From NCBI GenBank assembly GCA_964578585.1, contig CAZODM010000002.1:540-64539 (forward strand): DNA of 64,000 nucleotides, read 5' to 3'. The DNA comes from an uncultured Desulfobacterales bacterium (GTDB lineage Bacteria > Desulfobacterota > Dissulfuribacteria > Dissulfuribacterales > JAMONC01). Of the stretch, positions 27,657 to 37,318 are shown one piece after another. The notes beneath the pieces were generated by a model that made no database searches, was not told the origin of the DNA, and was given only the letters and a program-made list of their open reading frames with translations. The number at the start of each line of letters is the position of its first letter. Positions within the stretch are counted from its first letter, which is position 1. The position numbers and the translations under genes are program-made.

Positions 27657-29072
27657 ATTAACAATTTCACCGTGAGCTATTTCTATAATTCTAGTTGCAA
27701 AGTTTTGAGCAAGTTCATGATCATGCGTAGACATCACAAGAAGTTCAGCACTGTCAGACAATGCGCTTATAATAAAATTTAAATTTCTCCTATCTTGTCC
27801 TGTAGTTGGTTCATCTAACAATAACACCTGAGGCATTCCTGTAAGTAGAGAGCCAAGAGCTACTCTTAATCTTTGCCCTGCTGAAAGGCTAAAAGGTGGT
27901 TCATTTTCAAGCCCTGTAAGCCCTAGCCCTTCTATAGTGGATTTTACAATAAAGTTTATCTCTTCTTTTTTAGCCCCTAAGTTTTCTAATGAAAATGCTA
28001 ATTCCTCAAAGACAGAAAACTTAAATAGCATAAGATCAGGATCTTGTAGTAAAAGGGTAATAGGAAGTCTTTTAGAACTACTTTTTAGGTTTATTTCTAT
28101 GCTGCCTTTTGTAGGCTTTAATATCCCTGCAATAACTTTTAATAAAGTTGATTTACCTGACCCATTTTCTCCAATTATAGCTATGCGCTCTCCTAACTTT
28201 AGGTTTAGATTTATATCTTTTAAAACGAAGTTCCTTTGAGTTGGATATGAAAAATACAAATTTTTTAAAATAATCATTGGCTTCTTGTAAAATTTAGATT
28301 GATTATGCCTTTTAAGAAAGCCTAAATTAATAGATGATGGATGCTTAGTATTAGAGCTTTGAACCTCTTCATATACCTTAAACTTGTCTGGACTATCATT
28401 AAATACAATTTTCCCATTTTTTAATTTTATAACCCTATTAGCCCAAGGAAGTATTTGTTCAATCCTGTGCTCTACTAATAAAACAGTTATTTCATGTTGT
28501 GTTGAAAGCTGTTTTATAACCTCTAATATTTCTTTTGTGCCTTTTGGATCTAGTTGAGAGACAGGTTCGTCAAGGAGTAAGATTTTAGGCCTTGCACAAA
28601 GGGCACATGCAATAGCTAGCCTCTGTTTTTGTCCACCTGATAAATTTTGGGTCTCATCAAATTTTTTATTGGATAGTCCTACAAACCTAAGTGCTTCATC
28701 TATGCGTTTGTCCATTTCATCTGGTGGTATATTTAAGTTTTCAAGCCCAAAGGCTAATTCATCGCATACCCGTCCAGATATTATCTGGGTATTTGGATTT
28801 TGAAATACTGTTGCAACACAGGGGAATAAACCTGCTGGATTACACCTTACCTCTTTACCTAACACATATACTCGACCTATAAACTGCCCTCCACTTTCAT
28901 AAGGTATTAGTCCGTTTATACAAGACAGCAAAGTAGATTTTCCACAACCTGTATGTCCGCATATAAGTACAAATTCACCTTGTGATATATTTAAATTTAT
29001 ATCTTTTAATGCATAGTCTTCTTTACCATTATATTTAAAACTCAGTTTTCTGATGTTAATAGCATATTGCAT
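27645..29072 (-). CDS. Tandem (duplicated) ABC-transporter ATPase, ECF/CbiO-YkoD-like
   Basis: 475 aa with two complete nucleotide-binding domains. The first has GHTGCGKST, LSGGQKQRLAIA and ILLLDEP; the second has GENGSGKST, LSAGQRLRVALG and VLLLDEPTTGQD. Confidence 0.9.
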   Translation of the reverse strand: MQYAINIRKLSFKYNGKEDYALKDINLNISQGEFVLICGHTGCGKSTLLSCINGLIPYESGGQFIGRVYVLGKEVRCNPAGLFPCVATVFQNPNTQIISGRVCDELAFGLENLNIPPDEMDKRIDEALRFVGLSNKKFDETQNLSGGQKQRLAIACALCARPKILLLDEPVSQLDPKGTKEILEVIKQLSTQHEITVLLVEHRIEQILPWANRVIKLKNGKIVFNDSPDKFKVYEEVQSSNTKHPSSINLGFLKRHNQSKFYKKPMIILKNLYFSYPTQRNFVLKDINLNLKLGERIAIIGENGSGKSTLLKVIAGILKPTKGSIEINLKSSSKRLPITLLLQDPDLMLFKFSVFEELAFSLENLGAKKEEINFIVKSTIEGLGLTGLENEPPFSLSAGQRLRVALGSLLTGMPQVLLLDEPTTGQDRRNLNFIISALSDSAELLVMSTHDHELAQNFATRIIEIAHGEIVNLSN

Positions 29073-29076
29073 ATTG

Positions 29077-30846
29077 TTATCTTTCCATACTCATCAATTT
29101 TGTACCGAATAAAAGTCCAATTCTAGAGCCAATTAATGTATAGAAGAAGCCTTTTATAACAACTGCAAGTACAATATACCAAAATGGATAAAATAACCTG
29201 TAAAATACAGCATATAATATTAAAACACTAACCGTCATTAAAGAGTCAGCAATAGCTAATGCAAACATTAATGCAAGCTTATGATGTTCTATATCTTGTT
29301 TTCTAGTTATTCCAAATACATATAACAGACCTTCTTGATATGCTAATCTACTTCCTACAAATAGAATATCTAATATGCCAAATCCACCAAATAAAATGCC
29401 ATTCATTAAATAGGTAATTAGTCCAGCTAAGCTTACTGTACCTAACCTTGGTAAAAGACATAGAATAGAAGTCAAAATAAGATAATGACATACTTCTGTA
29501 ATCAATCCGCCAACTAATATATTAAATGGGCCTAATATAGCATGAAGTATATTAGAAAACATCCCACCTAAAAAATCTAAACCAAAACCTACAGCACCCA
29601 TTAATGCTATCAGTACTAATGCCCTTAAGTTAAAGCTAGAAAGCCATTTTTTTAGATTAAAAGTTAAAAATATCCAGTAAGAAAAGCTAATAGCGATGAT
29701 AATAAATAAAAATATGGTAATAAAAGAGCTTCCTCTAAGAATGCCCATCTTTTTGGTAAAGGTTTCAACTAGGTTAGGATAGCCAAATGGGTGTATCTTA
29801 ACCCTTATTAGGTATTCTCCTGATGGGACATCCTTTGCGACATATATTGGTAGTACTGCTAAAGAGCTTTTTTGGGGTGGAAGCTGTATAAAGGTGATGA
29901 CCTTTTTGGTCCCTCCTGTAGGTCCAAATTGTTTTGGATATAGTCCGGGTACAGGTTTTTTGGTATGTTCATCTAAAAAATCCGCCTGTATTAAGAGACT
30001 TAGTGGACAAGAAAGACAATTTTTGATTTGAAGTGCCTGAAACGCTATAGGATCAAAACGTGAAAATCCTATATCCTTTAATCCAAAAAGATAGCTTAAT
30101 TTAAACCAAAGTGGAGATGGAAGTACAATTGTATCTTCTAGCCTTGTTCCTTCAACTATACCAAAGGCATCTGTAGGAAGTCTCCAAGAGATAAGTTTTA
30201 TGTAGTTTTTTAGATGGCTCTTTTTTAATAAAAAGTTAAGGGTAATCCTTTTATTAAGGCCTGGAAAATAAAGCTCTATAGCCCTTTTTTGATTTGCTTT
30301 TTTAAAATTGAGCTTATATGTTTTAAAAAAGTTAGAAAATTCTCCTGTTAATTCATTTTCTTTTTTATTTATAAAAAATAACAGCTTATTATTAGTTAGA
30401 TTTTCTACTAATAGCCCTATCTGATAAGTACCTGGCTTGCCGACAAAGGTAAATGTTTTTGGTGGAAGTTTATATGGCAAGAAAAATTCTTGAGGGATCT
30501 GTCCAAGTGGCACTGTAATTTCAAGTTTAGCAACAGGTCTTTTATAAGGGGTTTTTATATAAAATCTTTTATTACCAATTTTTATTAAATAGTTTGTATT
30601 GGCTCTCCACTTAAAGATTAGTAATACATTATCTCCCATTGGAGGATATTGTAAGATAAGCCTTCCTTTAGGCGAATATAACTTTATAGGATTATCAAAA
30701 AGTCTACCTATTACCCTTATACCAAGAGGTTCAAACTTAAATTCTACATTTTGAGCTGATCTCTTACAGCTACTTATGGCAAAGAGGCATACAAATAAGA
30801 CCAAGCATGCTATGATCCCTAGTCTTTTTTGCCCTAGTTGTGCCAC
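29077..30846 (-). CDS. Chimeric protein: lipoprotein signal + ~335-aa beta-rich extracytoplasmic domain + C-terminal 6-7-TM domain resembling an ECF S-component
   Basis: The track ORF runs to 30924 (615 aa). GTG 30846 gives MAQLGQKRLGIIACLVLFVCLFAISS|C, a signal peptide with an I-S-S-C lipobox, and overlaps the upstream stop by 13 nt. The C-terminal ~220 aa are consecutive hydrophobic helices. No family was recognised for the N-domain. Confidence 0.75.
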   Translation of the reverse strand: MAQLGQKRLGIIACLVLFVCLFAISSCKRSAQNVEFKFEPLGIRVIGRLFDNPIKLYSPKGRLILQYPPMGDNVLLIFKWRANTNYLIKIGNKRFYIKTPYKRPVAKLEITVPLGQIPQEFFLPYKLPPKTFTFVGKPGTYQIGLLVENLTNNKLLFFINKKENELTGEFSNFFKTYKLNFKKANQKRAIELYFPGLNKRITLNFLLKKSHLKNYIKLISWRLPTDAFGIVEGTRLEDTIVLPSPLWFKLSYLFGLKDIGFSRFDPIAFQALQIKNCLSCPLSLLIQADFLDEHTKKPVPGLYPKQFGPTGGTKKVITFIQLPPQKSSLAVLPIYVAKDVPSGEYLIRVKIHPFGYPNLVETFTKKMGILRGSSFITIFLFIIIAISFSYWIFLTFNLKKWLSSFNLRALVLIALMGAVGFGLDFLGGMFSNILHAILGPFNILVGGLITEVCHYLILTSILCLLPRLGTVSLAGLITYLMNGILFGGFGILDILFVGSRLAYQEGLLYVFGITRKQDIEHHKLALMFALAIADSLMTVSVLILYAVFYRLFYPFWYIVLAVVIKGFFYTLIGSRIGLLFGTKLMSMER

Positions 30847-32036
30847 GGAACCTCCCACTTTTCCAAAAAACCAATGGATAGAGCAAGGATTAACAGAGGA
30901 TTCTCGCCATGTTTTACCTCCCAATTATCTTCTAGATAAGAAAGATAAGAAGAAAACCTATGAGCCTTACCCGATACTGTACTAGCAATCAATGCAGCTT
31001 GTCTTAATAAGGCCTCTTTAGCATTATTTTTAGGGACAATCTGCCATTTTATCTGATCAAGCAGGTGTGTAAATGAAAGTATATGGGCAATTAGTATAGG
31101 ATCTTCAAAAAACGTCCATTTATTCCTTTTAAGACACAAAAATATATCTTCGGGTAGTCTATTTTGAAGCCCTTTAATAATTGTTTCTTCATCAAGTCCA
31201 AATCTCATTGTTAACCTTGGTATATATCTAACATTTGTTGGAGTAAGTCTGTTTTGTAAATCTAAAGCTTGCCTTAAGGCTTCTCTTACAGATAAAGCAA
31301 TTAGTTCACCAAGCTTTACATGTTTTCCTGCACCTGTAAGGGGTTTTTGCTCTGTTTTCTGTGCACATATACATATCTGGTCTGTCCCTGTGCCTGTTGC
31401 AAGCCCATCTGAATATCTTGATCCAACATTTAGTTCTTGAAGTACACTTGTTTTTGCCTCTGTTGCCATCTTGACACTTCTTACAAGTGCAGCCGGGCTA
31501 AGAGGTTTATTTATAAGGATCATAGTATTTATGGTGCCATTATTGGGATTAAACGTTTTTTTATCTTTTAGAGGTTTAAACCCTTGTTCTGTTTCATATA
31601 CGGAGGCAGGATCTCCTGCTCTTCCTGCATTTGTCTCAACACCAGCAGTTACAATTGAAAATACTAATAGGTCTTTAAAGGATTTTTGACTTATACCAGC
31701 ACAATTCATATTGGCTGCAGTCCCCATAAGACATGTTGTATTAGGATCGAGCCCATGATAGTCACAAACAAGGCGATGATATTTTTTGGGTTCCCTTACA
31801 GCAAGACACCTTTTGTGCTCAGTTTTAAAACAGGGTTTGGGTTCACATGATTGGTGATTTGCTGCTACCTTAAGATCATCTCTTATGCCACCATTTACGC
31901 GGCAAGTAGATATAACACTATGTGGATGATCAAATCTTGCAAAGATGATCTTTTCTGATCTAAAAATGCTTATACCCTCATAGGGTGATTTAAGTTTTGT
32001 TGGTCGATCCATTGTCTTGATTGCTTCCATGTGCAT
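30834..32036 (-). CDS. cbiZ: CbiZ-like adenosylcobinamide amidohydrolase with a ~150-aa C-terminal extension
   Basis: CbiZ blocks: VISTCRVNGGIR, MGTAANMNCAG, FSIVTAGVETNAGRAGDPA, GTINTMILINKPLSPAALVRSVKMATEAKTSVLQEL, ATGTGTDQICICA. An additional helical tail follows. The 5' end overlaps the TPR gene. Confidence 0.8.
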   Translation of the reverse strand: MHMEAIKTMDRPTKLKSPYEGISIFRSEKIIFARFDHPHSVISTCRVNGGIRDDLKVAANHQSCEPKPCFKTEHKRCLAVREPKKYHRLVCDYHGLDPNTTCLMGTAANMNCAGISQKSFKDLLVFSIVTAGVETNAGRAGDPASVYETEQGFKPLKDKKTFNPNNGTINTMILINKPLSPAALVRSVKMATEAKTSVLQELNVGSRYSDGLATGTGTDQICICAQKTEQKPLTGAGKHVKLGELIALSVREALRQALDLQNRLTPTNVRYIPRLTMRFGLDEETIIKGLQNRLPEDIFLCLKRNKWTFFEDPILIAHILSFTHLLDQIKWQIVPKNNAKEALLRQAALIASTVSGKAHRFSSYLSYLEDNWEVKHGENPLLILALSIGFLEKWEVPWHN

Positions 32037-33297
32037 TATCCTTTACATATTTGTTTATTTTTTTGCTTTGTAATAAAGAGATAAAAGCTAGATATCCTTT
32101 TGCCTGTTGTCGGTATTGTTTAGAGTTTAGAAGATGAGAAAAGGCCCTTTTTGCTAAAGAGAAGTCATTTGTTTCAAATGCACTTATTCCAAGGAGCATC
32201 CATATTCGATCTACATCTTTTATTTTAAGTTTTGTCTTGTTTTGTTTTTTATGCATTAATAGGATTGCATTTTTTAATGCACTCTTAGCTTGATCAAACC
32301 TTGCATGTTCAAATGCTAGCTTACCTAGTAAAACATATAAAGAGGCATCAGGTTCTAAGTTAATAGCCATCTTTATATATTTTCGTGCTATGTTATAATT
32401 ATGTATTTGTAAAAAGTAGTTGACCAATATCTCTAGATCTTTTTTACTAACTTTATTAGAATTAATAGCTTTCAAATAACATTTAGCCGCCTTTATAGGA
32501 GCATTACAGTAAGCATATATATTACTTAGATCTTTCCACTGTTTTTTATTTGCTCCTTTTAAAGTATATGCTGTCTCTAAATATATAGCAGCATGTTTAT
32601 AATCTTTTTGTAAAAGAAATATTTGTCCAGCATATAACCATAAATATGCTTTATATGGATAGTTATTTATAAAGCTATTTAAAATTTTTAGACATTCATT
32701 AAATGATTTTATGTTTATTGAACATGCTACATATAAAGCTATTGACTGTTTAGATATATAATTATACTTTTTAAATAGTTGTTTAAGTATATCGATTGTT
32801 TTTTTATATTTATGTGCTTGGTAAAGTGCTATGGCTGCATTGTATAATAATTCTTTATTAGGATGTTTTGTCTTTCTTGAAATCTGCCATGCAGATAAAT
32901 AGTAATTAGCTGCTTTTTGATATCTTTTTAGTTCAAAGGCTACTGCTGCTGCATTTTCAATAGCAGGTAAATATTTAGGGGCACCTTTTATAGTCTTCTC
33001 ATAGAATTTTAGGGCAAGCCCAAGTCTTTTTTCAAGATAATATGTGTTTGCCATTAAAAAACAGAGTAATGGATGAGGATTACTTCCCTTTAAAAATGGA
33101 GAGAGACAATTTTGAGCTTGTTTTAATCTGCCGGTTGTAATGTCTTTTTGAGCTTCTAATGCAAGGTTTCTTAAAAATGGAGAAAGAGGTGGAAAGGGCT
33201 CTTTTGCACATACATTATAAGGAATCAAAACATCTAAAAATATTATTCCTATTATCAAAAAAATCCCTTTCTTATAATGAAATAGTTTATAAAACAT
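31990..33297 (-). CDS. Secreted TPR-repeat protein (TtpD-like position in a TonB2-type cluster)
   Basis: 435 aa with an N-terminal signal-like helix, then repeated TPR-type A/Y/L patterns (AIALYQAHKYKKTIDIL, AAIYLETAYTL, AKCYLKAI...). Confidence 0.75.
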   Translation of the reverse strand: MFYKLFHYKKGIFLIIGIIFLDVLIPYNVCAKEPFPPLSPFLRNLALEAQKDITTGRLKQAQNCLSPFLKGSNPHPLLCFLMANTYYLEKRLGLALKFYEKTIKGAPKYLPAIENAAAVAFELKRYQKAANYYLSAWQISRKTKHPNKELLYNAAIALYQAHKYKKTIDILKQLFKKYNYISKQSIALYVACSINIKSFNECLKILNSFINNYPYKAYLWLYAGQIFLLQKDYKHAAIYLETAYTLKGANKKQWKDLSNIYAYCNAPIKAAKCYLKAINSNKVSKKDLEILVNYFLQIHNYNIARKYIKMAINLEPDASLYVLLGKLAFEHARFDQAKSALKNAILLMHKKQNKTKLKIKDVDRIWMLLGISAFETNDFSLAKRAFSHLLNSKQYRQQAKGYLAFISLLQSKKINKYVKDNAHGSNQDNGSTNKT

Positions 33298-34034
33298 CAG
33301 TAATTGTCCTGTTCCAACTTAAACCTAAAGGGTATTTTTATACGTACACAAACAGCCCTTCCTTTGTATGTAGCAGGCTTAAATCGCCATTTTTTTACAG
33401 CGTTTATAACTGCATTTTCAAATACATGAGCTGGTTTTGCCTTTAATATCTTGATACTTTTTACTATTCCATGCTGATCAACAACTATTTGTACTACTAC
33501 CTCTCCTTCTATCCCTCTAATACGTGCCCAATATGGATAAACAGGGTCTATCCTTACAAGTAGTGATGGACCATTGTCTACCTGACCTAAAGAAAATATT
33601 GTTGAACCTCTTATTGATTTAGCGCTAGAGATATTACCAAAGGTACTTCCTGTACTATTCTTAGATGCAGGCGGTACACAAACTGCCAAGTTCATAGATA
33701 ACTTTGGTGCAAGATCAAAAGAGGGTAGAGAAAAATGTATATTTTTATTTATAGTTGGGGTCATATTTTTTACTGATAATACCTTATGAGGCGGGCTAGG
33801 TGGTTTTGGTTGACTGATCTGTTTTAAGTTTGGGTTTATCTCTTTTAACCTTGGTTTAAATTGAGTTAAATACACTGCATCTATAGGCATATTTATAGAA
33901 GGTGGATTATAACTTGTTTTTGAAAGCTCTGGCATGCCAAGAAAGATGAATAAGTTTAGTATAATTGACAGAGCTATAGCAATTGTAAAGTTTAGGGGGC
34001 TTTGTTTTAGTCTTTTAGAAAGATAGCTAGTCAT
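33297..34034 (-). CDS. tonB: Energy transducer TonB
   Basis: N-terminal TM anchor, a Pro-rich spacer (QPKPPSPPHK) and the TonB C-domain (PVYPYWARIRGIEGEVVVQIVVDQHGIVKSIKILKAKP...AVKKWRFKPATYKGRAV). Confidence 0.9.
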   Translation of the reverse strand: MTSYLSKRLKQSPLNFTIAIALSIILNLFIFLGMPELSKTSYNPPSINMPIDAVYLTQFKPRLKEINPNLKQISQPKPPSPPHKVLSVKNMTPTINKNIHFSLPSFDLAPKLSMNLAVCVPPASKNSTGSTFGNISSAKSIRGSTIFSLGQVDNGPSLLVRIDPVYPYWARIRGIEGEVVVQIVVDQHGIVKSIKILKAKPAHVFENAVINAVKKWRFKPATYKGRAVCVRIKIPFRFKLEQDNY

Positions 34035-34040
34035 TTCTTT

Positions 34041-34454
34041 TTATCTGCTAGGACGTCTTGCTGCAATACTGACCTTTTTTATTCCAGCAAGTCTACACTG
34101 GTCTAATACCTGTACTACAGTGCCAGTATGACTTTGCCTATCTGCTACAATTACTACAGAACCATTTGGTGAAGAGGCTAAGAACTGTTCTAAAACAGGT
34201 CGTAGTGCACGAATATCCACTGGTTTTCCTTTAACGTATATAATTCCATCTGCAGTAACACCAATTAATAGGTTTGCTCTATGTTGAACTGTTGCAGTTT
34301 GAGCAACAGGCCTTTTTACCTCTACCCCACTTTGTCTTACAAAGCTGGTAGTTACCACAAAGAATATAAGTAAGATAAAGATCATATCTATAAGAGGAGC
34401 CATATTGATCTCTGGCCCTGTAGATTTCCTACGAGTAAGCCTTATACTTTTCAT
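34041..34454 (-). CDS. exbD: Biopolymer transport protein ExbD/TolR
   Basis: 137 aa with INMAPLIDMIFILLIFFVVT (conserved Asp in the TM helix) and a periplasmic domain. Confidence 0.92.
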   Translation of the reverse strand: MKSIRLTRRKSTGPEINMAPLIDMIFILLIFFVVTTSFVRQSGVEVKRPVAQTATVQHRANLLIGVTADGIIYVKGKPVDIRALRPVLEQFLASSPNGSVVIVADRQSHTGTVVQVLDQCRLAGIKKVSIAARRPSR

Positions 34455-35098
34455 CCAATATTGCCCCCATATATATTGTTTTCTGTTAGCCCTGTTTTAA
34501 GTGTGATGGAGAGTTGTTCTAATCTAGTTTTAAACTGATTTACTCTTCGTTTTATAAATGTACCCATAAACATACCTGGTATTGCTATTACTAAACCAGT
34601 TTGTGTAGTTATAAGTGCCTCGGATATACCATGTGCAAGCGCTTGGGGATTTCCAGTACCAAACTCTCTAATGACATCAAATGTATATATCATACCGCTT
34701 ACAGTACCAAGTAGTCCCAAAAGAGGTGCTATTGCAGAAAGTACTAATATAGTAGTTGTATGGTATTCTAGTACTTTAAAACGAGACATAATCATCTTAG
34801 AAAGAAATACTTGATTATTAGTAGATTTAGTCTGTAGAATAATATCAAAGAGTTCTTTCCATACTGGAGGAAGTTCAAAGCTTATAGAATTATTAAACTG
34901 TTCTTTAGATAATCTACCCTCTTTAAATTCTATTAGTAAATGCATTAACGGTAGTTCTTTTTTAGAATATATATAAATCTGTTTTAATTTTAGTATAATT
35001 AGACACCATAACCATATAGATACTAATAAAAGTGGCCACATTACTATGCCACCTTCATTAAAATATGTTATAAACTGTAGAAGTATTTTATTAAACAT
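34451..35098 (-). CDS. exbB: MotA/TolQ/ExbB proton-channel protein ExbB
   Basis: 215 aa with IAPLLGLLGTVSGMIYTF and GISEALITTQTGLVIAIPG. Confidence 0.92.
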   Translation of the reverse strand: MFNKILLQFITYFNEGGIVMWPLLLVSIWLWCLIILKLKQIYIYSKKELPLMHLLIEFKEGRLSKEQFNNSISFELPPVWKELFDIILQTKSTNNQVFLSKMIMSRFKVLEYHTTTILVLSAIAPLLGLLGTVSGMIYTFDVIREFGTGNPQALAHGISEALITTQTGLVIAIPGMFMGTFIKRRVNQFKTRLEQLSITLKTGLTENNIYGGNIG

Positions 35099-35102
35099 TG
35101 TA

Positions 35103-36530
35103 TCAATCGTTATCTTTTCTTATATTAAGAAATGAATTAGCAGCTTCTATAGCAATTTCTTCTATATTTGCAATTAATTTATCTACTTTTCTTTCTAAGA
35201 AATGATGTACAAGCATAATTGGTATAGCAACAGATAGTCCTAATTCAGTAGTTATAAGTGCCTCAGATATACCACCTGACATAAGTCGTGGATTAGAATT
35301 GCCAAACAGTGTTATAACTTGGAAAGTATTTATCATACCACTTACAGTACCAAGTAGTCCCAAAAGAGGTGCAATTGCTGCTAATATAGCAAGCGTAGAT
35401 AAAAATTTTTCAAGTTGAGGAAGTTCTTTTAAAATAGACTCTTGTATTATATCTTCTATAATAGCTTTATCGCTAGTTTTAGTAGATAAAACTGATAAAA
35501 TTACTCTATATACTGGGCTGTCTTTATGATTAATTAATATCTGTTTACATTCGTCGATTTTACCATGTGATATAAGTTTTAATATGTTAAGTATTTCTGA
35601 AGTATTAGGCTGTTTAAGTCTAACAAAGAATATGATACGTTCAATTACAAGAAATATAGCTGCAATACCTATTGCAATAATAGGCCATACTAATATCCCA
35701 CCAGATCTTAACCACGACATAAAGTCTTGTTGATGTGATAGCCACAAGAAAACTGCACCATGAGATACATCCATTGGAAGTATAGTTGATTCACCCTGTA
35801 TATATTTTTTTATATGGTATTTAGTTAACCAAGGGATAGAACCTGTTACAGCAGCAAAGTTGTTATTGACTGGACTTAATCTTAAAAAACCAACATCTGA
35901 TCCCTTTTTGTAATAAGCACTGAATTCGCCAACTCTAAGTATTTTAGCAGTTGTTATACTACCACTTTGGTCAATAATTTTACCATTATAAAAGTCAATA
36001 GTTGCTGATTTTTGCATCTCTGTGAAAAAGAAATTAACCAGTGCTTTGATATCTGATGGAGCAGGAAACCTGTTGTTGATAAATAGATTTGATAGTGGTT
36101 TTAATCTATTTTTAATCTCTGGTGTAATAAGGCTTTGAGATGCTATTTCTTTTGCATCTTTAGCAAATACATATACCGTAGCTTGAATATTTTTTATTTC
36201 TTGTTCATGATTAGTTAACTGTTGTCTTAATACAGCCTCTTTTTGACATAAATCTTTAAATTTTTTCTTAAGATTTTTTAGTAATTCTCTATTTTTAAAT
36301 ATGTTATTTTGTAATTGTATTTTTTCATTAAATAATCTTTTTTGTTCTTGTAGTATCTCATCTTTTGTTTTTAAAGTCAATTTTTTTACTGCTTGTTCAT
36401 TTTGTTTAATTTGATTAGCAGCTTTATACCAACTAGATATATCTTCTATTCTATTATTATTTGATGCCCACGAAATATTAAAAGCCATAAATAGTAAAAT
36501 TATGTTTACTAATATAATATGTTTTGTCAT
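35103..36530 (-). CDS. Long MotA/TolQ/ExbB-family protein with a ~270-aa N-terminal periplasmic/coiled-coil domain (TtpC-like)
   Basis: 475 aa: signal sequence, coiled coil, then an ExbB-type core (IAPLLGLLGTVSGMINTF; GISEALITTELGLSVAIP). Its position after the DUF3450 gene and before exbB matches TtpC in Vibrio TonB2 clusters. Confidence 0.85.
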   Translation of the reverse strand: MTKHIILVNIILLFMAFNISWASNNNRIEDISSWYKAANQIKQNEQAVKKLTLKTKDEILQEQKRLFNEKIQLQNNIFKNRELLKNLKKKFKDLCQKEAVLRQQLTNHEQEIKNIQATVYVFAKDAKEIASQSLITPEIKNRLKPLSNLFINNRFPAPSDIKALVNFFFTEMQKSATIDFYNGKIIDQSGSITTAKILRVGEFSAYYKKGSDVGFLRLSPVNNNFAAVTGSIPWLTKYHIKKYIQGESTILPMDVSHGAVFLWLSHQQDFMSWLRSGGILVWPIIAIGIAAIFLVIERIIFFVRLKQPNTSEILNILKLISHGKIDECKQILINHKDSPVYRVILSVLSTKTSDKAIIEDIIQESILKELPQLEKFLSTLAILAAIAPLLGLLGTVSGMINTFQVITLFGNSNPRLMSGGISEALITTELGLSVAIPIMLVHHFLERKVDKLIANIEEIAIEAANSFLNIRKDND

Positions 36531-37300
36531 TTTGTTAGCCTTCCAATGGGTAAATCTACTATTTGTGCAGCACGTTTTTTTTGTGAAATTTCAATTGTTT
36601 GTTCAATATCATCAATATATTCATTGGATATTTTTATCCATTTTTTTTGATATTTATTATATTTTGCAGCAATTTGTCTATCTAGTGATATAAAGAACAT
36701 ATCCAATCTTCCAAGTCTAAGTATATATCCATCTAACTTCTGTCCATTTAGATTGATTTCATCTTCTCTTGTTTGTATTTCCATACCATATTTAGCTTCT
36801 ATTTCTAACGCTTGTAATACTCTACGTAGTTTTTCACCCAATCCTATTTTATAATTAATAAGTGATTGTCTTAAAAATGATAAGCGAGTTTTACGTTCTT
36901 GCATTAAAAATGGCATATCTTGATCTATAAAATTTGATAAATTATTTACTACTTTATCTAAATAAGGTTCAAGTTTTATATTAATCTGTTCTAGGATTTC
37001 TTGTCTTCTTTTAAGTTCAGCTATAGTTTGTTTTTCTTCTTCAATATAAGCTTTATATAGTTTTATTTGATAGTTAAGCCATAAATTTTGACTTTTCAAC
37101 TCTTGTATTTGTTGTAATAACTTTGCTCTTTTTTGTGCCCACGTATCCCCTAATTCTTTAACATTTTGTTGAAGTTTTATATTACTCAAAATTTCATGTT
37201 TTATAGTAGAAGGTGAAACTTTTTCATTAGAAGAAAAACACATAGTTGTATATATAATTGTTATAATTAATGTTAATATAACTATCTTTATTATTTTCAT
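36527..37300 (-). CDS. DUF3450-family periplasmic coiled-coil protein (TtpB-like)
   Basis: 257 aa with a signal peptide, a long coiled coil and DUF3450-like blocks (MPFLMQERKTRLSFLRQSL, EKLRRVLQALEIEAKYGMEIQT, YILRLGRLDMFFISLD, KKWIKI, IVDLPIG). Confidence 0.8.
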   Translation of the reverse strand: MKIIKIVILTLIITIIYTTMCFSSNEKVSPSTIKHEILSNIKLQQNVKELGDTWAQKRAKLLQQIQELKSQNLWLNYQIKLYKAYIEEEKQTIAELKRRQEILEQINIKLEPYLDKVVNNLSNFIDQDMPFLMQERKTRLSFLRQSLINYKIGLGEKLRRVLQALEIEAKYGMEIQTREDEINLNGQKLDGYILRLGRLDMFFISLDRQIAAKYNKYQKKWIKISNEYIDDIEQTIEISQKKRAAQIVDLPIGRLTK

Positions 37301-37318
37301 ATCACTCTCTTATAGAAT

